Below are positions 29,301 to 39,813 of a DNA stretch of 64,000 nt, piece by piece (the first letter of the stretch is position 1; every line of letters starts with the position of its first letter). A program made the translations under genes and the position numbers. Location of the stretch: NCBI GenBank assembly GCA_040954595.2, contig CM082586.2, forward strand, positions 8,339,337 to 8,403,336. Reading direction: 5' to 3'. The DNA comes from Balanoglossus misakiensis. Lineage: Eukaryota > Animalia > Hemichordata. The notes beneath the pieces are model-generated. The model had not been told where the DNA came from and did not search any database. It was given only the letters and a program-made list of their open reading frames with translations.

Positions 29301-32300
29301 GGTACTTGACTGAAACATGTTTGAGAAAAACATTTCTTTTGCATATTTCACCCTCTCATTTCATTATGACGATATCATTCTGAAATATAACTGAAAAATC
29401 TATGTTTATGGTCAGAAACATCACCTGACTGAATCACATTAAAATGGCGATAGTTAAACGTGATTTTAGATGCTTGTGATTTGAGAGTCAAGAAATGAAA
29501 CGACTGTGGAATGAAGCTATTTGTTTGATTTGTCAAATATTGGTAATAATTGTAGGCCTACTCACCACAAAGTTTGGTCCAATGGAAAATGTCTGACATG
29601 CTGCAATTTCATTCATGCATAGTTCTGATGTCATGTGATCGTCGGTAGCTTCATCACGTACTCTCCATCTCATGTCAACCACTTGAAATTCCAAGCCATG
29701 TTTGGATTTGCTGTAGTCTTTCAGTTTAGGATAAACATCACGCATCAAAGCATTGCGTTCAACCGATGTATCTGAAAGAAAATACAAATGAAATACATAA
29801 TTATTAATCTCATCAAACCAAATCTCAGTAAAAACAGTCAAAGTATTGCTGTGTCTACACCATTGTGGCCACATGCTTTTGAACATGTACAGACAAGAGA
29901 GGAATCCAAATTATTTGGAGCATTAAAGAAATAAAAAAGGCACGTTTTAAGACAAACAATCTACATAAAATTGAACTTGCTATTGATCAACAGAACCGCA
30001 TGTAATTTTCGGAGAATTTTAAAGGTGCAAAAAGTTGCACCTCACCGCTAATAAATAATGAAGACTGATTTGACTATTTTCAAAAGTTGAACCCCATGCA
30101 TTGATTGAGGAAGCCTAAACCACTCTACCGATTGATGGGATGGGATGGAACGCTACGTCGAAGAACTACTACAAAATGAAGATGACATAACGAGGATGAT
30201 ATTGAACTGGAAATACTCGGCCAGGAAATCACGGAAGAAGAAATAATAGATAGATGACTTATTAAAATCAAATAAGTCACCTGGTATAGATGGTATATCT
30301 GCCGAACTGTATAAACTTTGTAGCCCGCTTTTTATTTCTATATTACGAGAACTATTCAACGTAGTTTTCAACTCAAATAATTTCCCTATTTTCACAAAAG
30401 TGATAAACATATACCAAATAATTACAGGGGCATAACACTTCTACCAAACATCAGTACAATTTTACCATCATAATGTAGAATAGGCTTTTGTTCTGGGGAG
30501 AGAACGCTGTCCCTCATATAATTAGAGAGGAACGAACAAGCAGATTTTTGAAAAAGTTATTGTACTGCAGATAATATTTTCATCCTCCACACCCTGATCC
30601 AGAAATACTTGAGTAAAAGCAAGAGTAGATTGTACTGTGCATTCGTCGATCGACTGAGAGAAGGCATTCGATCGTTTCAATAGAGTGGCTCTCTTCTACA
30701 CAATGGGTAAAGCAGATATTCTGGGTAAAATGTATAGAATGCTTCTCTCTATTTATAATAGTGTGGAAAAAGTGTGCTTGGTAGAGAAGGGTTGACGGAT
30801 TTTTTTCACTGCCCCCATGGGGTCAGACAAGGTTGTATTCTTTACCCTATCTTTTCGCTTTTTTCATCAATGATCTGTTACGCCCTCATACACCCGCGTT
30901 TTGACCGTTTTGTTTGGTTGCGTAATAAATAAAATTATTGTGGTCCCTGGAACCAAAATTACAGCGTACCTCACGTGTTGGAGTCAAGCGGCGATGGCGT
31001 TGGAATTTTATTACCTAGAGATGAACATCGTATGATCCAGCATAAAGCATTGAACTTTCTAATTTTAGATAATGACTCATTGTAAGCTGATGCAATTTTG
31101 ACTTTAAAATATGAGTATTGTACACTTTTGAGTGGATTCAACTTGGAGGAGCCCTGAGTAACGGTTCGATGATTAAAGTCTGAGTTGATGATTGGAAATT
31201 GAACACTTCGTGTCCGCCTCAGTTACTGAAAGTATTACGATCCTGAGTGGTACCTCGACTGACTTTAGACTTTACGAACTGACAGTGAGTAAGAGTCTAG
31301 ATTGAAATAACGACGAATTAGGAGACGGTAACAAATTGGTGGAGACATCCGGGGTAACTGAGCGACACGAATATATGATCCTACGATCCGGAAGAATAAA
31401 TCGACCGAGAGAAACTACAATGGCTGAACCTATCATCGCTAACATCAATAACGGCATGGACTACCCACCAGAACAACCCGGTGAGGTTGATAGGCGCCTA
31501 AACGAAGTACTCCAGCGTATGGAGAGGATCCAAGACCGAGAGCGAAGAGATCAATTGGACAACCTGGATGCCCTAGGTAGGCAGATTTCAAACATTAATA
31601 TGGGAGTAAATATCATGCCACCTAAATATACTGGGCGAGAAAAATGATTCCCCACAGAAATGGCTGAGGAAGTTCGAGATGTATGTCAACCTCAAGCAAG
31701 TTCAGCGGGCCAACATCATCGACGTGTTTGGTCTACTGATGGCCGACGAGGCTGAATGATGGTTTACGTCCCAGCCGGACGAGATCATGCGTAACTGGAA
31801 CGCCTTAAGAGAAGAGTTCTTGGAGCGTTTCACGAAACAGGGGCCCAGATGGCGCAGCGACCAAGAGCTGCGTATGTTCGCCAAGAACCAGGTGAGTCGG
31901 TAGAAGCTTTTGCAGGCCGACTGAAAGACAAGTGCGATCGGTACGGTCGTAACGACGTCGAGTTGCTGAGCCACTTCCTACATGGGTTGCGACCTAAGCT
32001 GATGAAGTTCGTCGCTGGGAGAGATCCAGAAGATTTCAAGTCAGCGTTCGCCTTCGCCAAGACTGGGGAGCTGGTGGTCGACCTGCCCGATGAAGAAGTC
32101 AAGTCAACATCGAGGGACTCTGACCTGACTAAGCTACTACTCATGCTGGCGGAACAGAATCAGAGGCTGGCGACCGAAAAGGATAAAGATCAAGAACCGA
32201 CACCAAGAGCAAGTCAAGCAAATGGTACGGTACGTGGCGGTAATAATTATAATCAAGGATATTCCAGAAACACTTATAGACAATCAGATAGGATTTATTC

Positions 32301-35300
32301 TGGAAGAAATAATGATCGAGCTAGAGTTTATGGAAATAGACTTGTAGATCATGATCGAGTCGTATGCTATTCATGTGGTGTCGCTGGACACATCAGTTCA
32401 GCCTGTCCAAATAGAAGGGCTGACACAAGGGTTTGCTATAATTGTGGTCGTCAAGGTCACATTTCCCGTAATTGTTCCCAACGAAAAAACGAGTAGTGCC
32501 GGCAGGATCTAAGTATAAGAAATTTGAGAGAGGTACCTGTGAACGGCCGGGAAAGGATAAAAGGATAAAGGAAGTATGTAATTTAGATATTGATGATAGA
32601 TGTATAAAAGGAATCAATATAATTAATGTATGTATTAAGTCGTATAATATTTCAGCTCTAGTTGATACAGGCGCAGCTATCACGGTTGCTCCTGTAAGTT
32701 TATTGTCGAAAATTCCGAAATTACGTAATTGTAAAATGTATCCATCGGCTTTTACAGCGATAAAGCTGGCGAAACTGACGATTCAATGGTCTGCTTCAGA
32801 AGGAAACGAGAACAGAAAAAAGGTTGGTGCTGACTGTTGACTGCGTGGAATGCGTGGACGGGTTTTCAACGATGGATCTGTTGTTTGATCAGAGGGGCGT
32901 CGTATCCAGAAGCATGTTTGAAGCAGTTCGGGCGACGAAGAAAAGAGGTCTCGTGGAATGAAGAAGGGAAGACTCTTGAATCGTCTGCTATCGCAAAAGA
33001 ACTGTGATAGAATGACATTGAACTGAATAATCAGCCGTTTTAATCTATAGTTTGGGAGATTTGATCATTGAAATATTGCGTGGTCGTATTTTCTTTGTCT
33101 ACTCTGATGACGTGAGTTTTATTAACCGCTTTTGATTTGATATTGTTTTCCACCAAGTTTTTGCCTTGTTTTCGACATTGTAAATGTGTATTCTTTTGTT
33201 GAAGTGATGCCGTGAAGTGTAGTGAAGTTTTATAGGTTTTTGAGGAGTTGTTGAAGTTTTTGTGATGACCGCAAGAGAGACGGTCTGGTGATGAAGTCGT
33301 GATGTTTTGATGACCGCAAGGGAGACGGTCTGGCGTATGAAAATGGCCCCTTGAGTTGGCATGTGAGTTCATACGAGGGACAAGAGAGAAGTCCCAGAGT
33401 GTAGTTGATTTTATTGTAGTCTTACGCATCCTTTCACATAAGAATTCGTTTCCATTGTCGTGGTTATTTTTGAACGTGGCAGTATGATGAAGTGTATTAT
33501 GTTTGTACACAAGAACTATCAGACTTGATTTTTTTTACGCGGTTATTGACTGTTGAATTTTGCACTGGAAAAGAGACACTCTTTGACGAGAAGTCAGAAC
33601 AGTGAAGTCGTTTTGAATTTTGACATTGAAAACGTTTTATGCGATTTTCTTCAATTTTTTTGAACATGCTGTGATATTTTAAAGGTGGTTATTGAGTTTG
33701 ATTTTGACGTAGTGTATTTAAAACCGATAGCGCAGACCTGGTTTTCGTTTAGAGATAGAGATGTCTGTGGGGAATCAGCCACGTCCGAAGGGTGACGGCG
33801 TAAATTCTCTCCATCTCCATCTCCACCCAACACATTCATAAAGTCCGAGAGAGGTACCCGGCAGATCGTAAACCTTTCGTAGACAGAGACTTGCAACAAT
33901 CTTTCCGAGTAACACAAAGTTCTGGTTTATTACTGGTCACACGTAAGAATTACACGACTCGATCCATGCTCGTTGACTCCCATCACGGATCTCCCGTTAT
34001 AATATTGTGATCTCAAATTTCACCACACCTTATTAATACGTTAGTCAAGTATTAAGTCATAAAAGGAACACGTCATCTTAATATTTCTTAAACATGAACT
34101 TAGCGCGTGATATCTCTATCTCGTTCTGACATGTATCAATTACACAATCTCGTTTACTCTGGGTGAAGTACCTATGTCAATACTGGACTAAAATCATACA
34201 AGTGAATGACTTCTTACGTAAGATCTATGATCGTTAAAACTCAATCGTGACACTTCCCACTTTTCCAATAATCGAACTTCCACGTTCGATCAAAGGAAGA
34301 ATGAAAACGAAAACCAGGTCTGCGCTATCGGTTTTAAATACACTACGTCAAAATCAAACTCAATAACCACCTTTAAAATATCACAGCCTGTTAAAAAAAA
34401 TTGAAGAAAATCGCATAAAACGTTTTCAATGTCAAAATTCAAAACGACTTCACTGTTCTGACTTCTCGTCAAAGAGTGTCTCTTTTCCAGTGCAAAATTC
34501 AACAGTCAATAACCGCGTAAAAAAAATCAAGTCTGATAGTTCTTGTGTACAAACATAATACACTTCATCATACTGCCACGTTCAAAAATAACCACGACAA
34601 TGGAAACGAATTCTTATGTGAAAGGATGCGTAAGACTACAATAAAATCAACTACACTCTGGGACTTCTCTCTTGTCCCTCGTATGAACTCACATGCCAAC
34701 TCAAGGGGCCATTTTCATACGCCAGACCGTCTCCCTTGCGGTCATCAAAACATCACGACTTCATCACCAGACCGTCTCTCTTGCGGTCATCACAAAAACT
34801 TCAACAACTCCTCAAAAACCTATAAAACTTCACTACACTTCACGGCATCACTTCAACAAAAGAATACACATTTACAATGTCGAAAACAAGGCAAAAACTT
34901 GGTGGAAAACAATATCAAATCAAAAGCGGTTAATAAAACTCACGTCATCAGAGTAGACAAAGAAAATACGATCACGCAATATTTCAATGATCAAATCTCC
35001 CAAACTATAGATTAAAAAGGCTGATTATTCAGTTCAATGTCATTCTATCACAGTTCTTTTGCGATAGCAGACGATTCAAGAGTCTTCCCTTCTTCATTCC
35101 ACGAGACCTCTTTTCTTCGTCGCCCGAACTGCTTCAACTACATGCTTCTGGATACGACGCCCCTCTGATCAAACAACAGATCCATCGTTGAAAACCCGTC
35201 CACGCATTCCATGCAGTCAACAGTCAGCACCAACCTTTTTTCTGTTCTCGTTTCCTTCTGAAGCAGACCATTGAATCGTCAGTTTCGCCAGCTTTATCGC

Positions 35301-38300
35301 TGTAAAAGCCGATGGATACATTTTACAATTACGTAATTTCGGAATTTTCGACAATAAACTTACAGGAGCAACCGTGATAGCTGCGCCTGTATCAACTAGA
35401 GCTGAAATATTATACGACTTAATACATACATTAATTATATTGATTCCTTTTATACATCTATCATCAATATCTAAATTACATACTTCCTTTATCCTTTTAT
35501 CCCTTCCCGGCCGTTCACAGGTACCTCTCTCAAATTTCTTATACTTAGATCCTGCCGGCACTACTCGTTTTTTCGTTGGGAACAATTACGGGAAATGTGA
35601 CCTTGACGACCACAATTATAGCAAACCCTTGTGTCAGCCCTTCTATTTGGACAGGCTGAACTGATGTGTCCAGCGACACCACATGAATAGCATACGACTC
35701 GATCATGATCTACAAGTCTATTTCCATAAACTCTAGCTCGATCATTATTTCTTCCATAATAAATCCTATCTGATTGTCTATAAGTGTTTCTGGAATATCC
35801 TTGATTATAATTATTACCGCCACGTACCGTACCATTTGCTTGACTTGCTCTTGGTGTCGGTTCTTGATCTTTATCCTTTTCGGTCGCCAGCCTCTGATTC
35901 TGTTCCGCCATCATGAGTAGTAGCTTAGTCAGGTCAGAGTCCCTCGATGTTGACTTGACTTCTTCATCGGGCAGGTCGACCACCAGCTCCCCAGTCTTGG
36001 CGAAGGCGAACGCTGACTTGAAATCTTCTGGATCTCTCCCAGCGACGAACTTCATCAGCTTAGGTCGCAACCCATGTAGGAAGTGGCTCAGCAACTCGAC
36101 GTCGTTACGACCGTACCGATCGCACTTGTCTTTCAGTCGGCCTGCAAAAGCTTCTACCGACTCACCTGGTTCTTGGCGAACGTTACGCAGCTCTTGGTCG
36201 CTGCGCCATCTGGGCCCCTGTTTCGTGAAACGCTCCAAGAACTCTTCTCTTAAGGCGTTCCAGTTACGCATGATCTCGTCCGGCTGGGACGTAAACCATC
36301 ATTCAGCCTCGTCGGCCATCAGTAGACCAAACACGTCGATGATGTTGGCCCGCTGAACTTGCTTGAGGTTGACATACATCTCGAACTTCCTCAGCCATTT
36401 CTGTGGGGAATCATTTTTCTCGCCCAGTATATTTAGGTGGCATGATATTTACTCCCATATTAATGTTTGAAATCTGCCTACCTAGGGCATCCAGGTTGTC
36501 CAATTGATCTCTTCGCTCTCGGTCTTGGATCCTCTCCATACGCTGGAGTACTTCGTTTAGGCGCCTATCAACCTCACCGGGTTGTTCTGGTGGGTAGTCC
36601 ATGCCGTTATTGATGTTAGCGATGATAGGTTCAGCCATTGTAGTTTCTCTCGGTCGATTTATTCTTCCGGATCGTAGGATCATATATTCGTGTCGCTCAG
36701 TTACCCCGGATGTCTCCACCAATTTGTTACCGTCTCCTAATTCGTCGTTATTTCAATCTAGACTCTTACTCACTGTCAGTTCGTAAAGTCTAAAGTCAGT
36801 CGAGGTACCACTCAGGATCGTAATACTTTCAGTAACTGAGGCGGACACGAAGTGTACAATACTCATATTTTAAAGTCAAAATTGCATCAGCTTACAATGA
36901 GTCATTATCTAAAATTAGAAAGTTCAATGCTTTATGCTGGATCATACGATGTTCATCTCTAGGTAATAAAATTCCAACGCCATCGCCGCTTGACTCCAAC
37001 ACGTGAGGTACGCTGTAATTTTGGTTCCATGGGACCACAATAATTTTATTTATTACGCAACCAAACAAAACGGTCAAAATGCGGGTGTATGAGGGCGTAA
37101 CAGATCTTCACAATGAATTGAATGTGTTACTGATAATTGTATGGCTGCTCTATGGGTTTGATCGAAATCTTCTACTTTCTCTTTTGCAACGATTTGACAA
37201 AACGATCTCAGTGTGTGAGGGTCAACAGGTGATGTTAAAAGATGCGCTTTATTTCTACGGATTCACCTGAAGGTTGAGTTCTGTCTCCGCTGCTTTATAT
37301 ATTGTACACTGACGTGAGTAGACATATTTTGAAGTTTGCCGACAACTCGGCTTTTGTCCACGGTCCAATAGAAGATGGTTTTATCGAGTGGCGAAAAAGA
37401 TCTTTTCTACAATTGAATGTAGTAAAACAAAAGACGTGTATTGATTTTAGGAGCAAATCTTTTCCAGAGTCAAAATATGTCACTTAATAAAAATCCGTCT
37501 CATTTGGGGAGAAGTGTGTGACGAAAACAGTGTGTTTTTAGTGATTTCTAAAAATGACCCTTTTGAGGGGAAAAGTGGCCGAAATATCAATTTTGTCTTG
37601 AGTGGGGTCAATAAGACTGATTTTTTTTTTTTGGGGGGGGGGAATCAGCACCATTTTGCAATAGACTTCTCAACCTTCCTTTTAAAAATTCTGATTAAAG
37701 GCACCTTTCTCCTAGGGTTAGACGCTTGACGCTAGTGTAATCTATATCTTCCCAACCGCCCCAGGACACAAAATCGTCCACCCATAATGACATACAATGT
37801 ACAGGTACTGAATGATATACACACTGAATTGACTATTGTGAAAAGGAACCGCAAAGTATTTTGTAAATGCCACGTTCTCTCATATTTCACTTGCTTTGTT
37901 CGCCTTTGTATGAGTATACGACGAATATCTCAGCCTCTGTCTGGAAACATTGAACAGCATTTCTTTACAAATTGACAGCCCAGAAGCAAATCTATCCAAC
38001 TTGCAATAGCAATCCACCAGGCCAGGTACACAAATCACGGATGTGGCTCTTGCCAGCTTTCAGCGTTGACCGATTAAATTGTGGTAGATTATGACAGACC
38101 CATTAGAAACATAGCGATAAAGCCTCCAGAGCTGCCACTTTTTGCATTTTTTTCATGATTTTATTTTCCAACTTAAATTGGTCCATCTAAATAAGCTTAC
38201 TGATAGGTATACATGAACACCTTATCGATGCCTGATTGTGACTGCATGTTGCAATTTGAACACGCTATGTATTAAACCAGCGCTGAACCGATTTAATCAG

Positions 38301-38734
38301 CCTCTATACAAACAGTACACTAAAGCTATCGTGGTTTGCGTCATCTAGAGATGACAAACTGATGTAAATACAAGGCTCAAGGTAATGGTGAGGATTTTAG
38401 AGGATAGGCAATATATTTGAAGTATTTTACTGTGGAAAAATATGTGAAATTTGGCAGCTATATGCAATTCAATCAACAATTAACGTTCTTTGATGTCAAA
38501 GGATGCCTGACCATGAAATGGGAATATAAAAGGAACTCTCAAGTCTCTTTCCAACATTGATGAATTTACACTTAATACATGTACATCTGAGAATGTAATC
38601 TGTTTGTTGGAGAAAATAGAATCACACTAACCTGTAAATGTAGAGCTGGTGAAAATACGAACGACTCGTTTTCGTAAAGGCGGCAGAGATCGGTGGCACT
38701 GGCCAAGCAAGATTTGTTTCTGAACGCCAGACAT
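23316..38734 (-). CDS. NACHT and WD-repeat protein, copy A (NWD1/NWD2-like; DUF4062-NACHT-WD40-CaaX), 6 exons, ~1764 aa
   Basis: Exons 38632..38734 (MSGVQKQ...VVRIFTSSTFT), 29566..29771, 28632..28980, 26126..28459 (Walker A GESGSGKT, Walker B VIFLDSLDQL), 25541..25783 and 23316..25375 (WD40 repeats; ends KSMTCSLL*). Exons 1-5 are the same size as in copy B (103, 206, 349, 2334, 243 nt). Confidence 0.92.
25801..25980. repeat. Degenerate pentanucleotide microsatellite (ATGTT/ATGCT)n in an NWD-A intron
   Basis: Directly visible. Confidence 0.9.
30170..30875 (+). mobile_element. Decayed non-LTR retrotransposon (LINE) reverse transcriptase fragment, interrupted by the foldback insertion
   Basis: Broken motifs KSPGIDGISAELYK, NYRGITLL, DNIF, YCAFVD..KAFD, GVRQGC and FFINDL. 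The reading continues as LHNELNV right after 37102. Confidence 0.8.
30876..31333 (+). repeat. LTR (458 bp) followed by a primer-binding site
   Basis: TGTTAC...GTAACA, then aat TGGTGGAGACATCCGGGG (31337-31354), resembling the complement of a tRNA-Ala 3' end. The inverted copy at 36725..37102 is 80 bp shorter. Confidence 0.8.
31372..32840 (+). pseudogene. Gypsy-like gag (two CCHC knuckles) and truncated aspartic protease, left arm
   Basis: CYSCGVAGHISSAC and CYNCGRQGHISRNC knuckles; ALVDTGA protease in the -1 frame. Frameshift at ~31640-31645, in-frame TGA at ~31757 and a further indel at ~31875. No RT, RNase H or integrase. Confidence 0.85.
35217..36686 (-). pseudogene. Gypsy-like gag and truncated protease, right arm
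   Basis: Mirror copy carrying the same frameshift and the same TGA. Its 236-aa gag segment is uninterrupted. Confidence 0.85.
37265..37490 (+). mobile_element. Second decayed LINE RT fragment
   Basis: Broken motifs VLSPLLYILYT, ILKFADNSA and LQLNVVK..IDFR. Confidence 0.55.
38121..38466. repeat. Dispersed MITE-like repeat, family B
   Basis: Shares gaacaccttatcgatgcc..gctatgtattaaac..gtgaaatttggcagcta with 45180..45486. A similar end is at ~40820. Confidence 0.7.
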
Positions 38735-39075
38735 CGTCAGAGGCGTGATTTTGTCCTTTCGCTAAATCAATGTGTTGTACATTGACGAACACGAAGGGCA
38801 AGGCCGTTTGGATTGAAACAGCTCGCCTGACAGACGTGCACAGTGTTCAGCTGCCTACATCTGCCCGAGCTCAGCCTGTTGGTTTCACGCCAGTCCACAG
38901 TTGAAGGGACGGCTGACAACTGGAAGGCAAGGCAACTGCTCCGGCCTTATATGTAGACACAGGCATACATTGCCTTGTCCGTAGTTTGGGTTACCCGACA
39001 GTTGTCAAACAGTGTTCTTCTGATTGGAATATAGTTCGCGCAGATAACCTCAACTGAACCCAACATTCACTGTAA

Positions 39076-39813
39076 GGGAGCATTCGTTTTTTACAGGGAG
39101 GGGGGGGCCGGTGGAATTTGAGTCGCCGACTAAACGTAAAAGGCAACCCCCCCTGGAAATTACTTTTCTAAAATGTGACCCCCCCCCCAAAAAAAAAAAA
39201 GTTTATCCACCGGATTAAACTTATCATGGACACAGCGCTCCCATGAAAAGAATTTGAAACCGATGTTTCCCCTCATCAGTGGGTAGTAAAACTGAACATT
39301 GTTTTTATTTATTAAGTATTTGTATTCTGTGTTGGGAGACATTGTAAACCGAGAATTGAAGGGGGTGGGTTTGGGAGGGGGTGTCCCCCTCCCACATAAG
39401 AAAATTTTATAAAATACAGAGCTCAAAGCTGCATTTTAATGAACCCAGCAAAAGCAAATTAACGTCGCCGCTCAAAGTTATCATGGGGTGGGGGCAAGTC
39501 CCCTGACCTGGGACACAAGATAAACCAGTCAATGATTGAAAGGTGTTGATGAATGGAGGGGGTGGGTGTGGGAGGGGGTGTCCCCCTCCCACATTAGAAA
39601 ATTTTGTAAAATAAAGGACGCGAAACTGCATTTTTGTGGACTCAAAATAAATATTTAGCCGTCAAAGTTTTCAAGTCTCCCCCCCCCCTTTCAGTCCCTA
39701 TATAATAATCCCTTGATTATAAAATTTGTCCCCCCCTAAAAACTGCTTTGTAAAAGGAAACCCCCCCCTGATTTCCACCGGCCCCCCCCTCCCTGTAAAA
39801 AACGAATGCTCCC
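39076..39813. mobile_element. PIF/Harbinger-like MITE related to 6051..6819
   Basis: TIR GGGAGCATTCGTTTTTTACAGGGAGGGGGGG, TAA TSD. The internal sequence matches the reverse complement of 6051..6819. Confidence 0.8.

Larger units (their letters stand above)
30876..37102. mobile_element. 6.2-kb foldback built from two inverted 5' halves of a Gypsy-like LTR retrotransposon
   Basis: Arms 30876..33750 and 34305..37102 are near-perfect reverse complements around a 554-bp unique spacer. The ends are TGTTACG...CGTAACA, flanked by GATC on both sides. Confidence 0.9.

Noticed and set aside
33040-33510. 156-aa ORF duplicated at 34545..35015
   Set aside because: No ATG start or recognisable domain, antisense to the retroelement, and duplicated only because of the foldback.
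30876-37102. DIRS/tyrosine-recombinase element or pure assembly palindrome
   Set aside because: No YR or RT, and it has a protease, PBS, PPT and an apparent TSD, unlike DIRS. The arms differ by SNPs and an 80-bp indel, which argues against a read chimera, though long-read confirmation is still needed.
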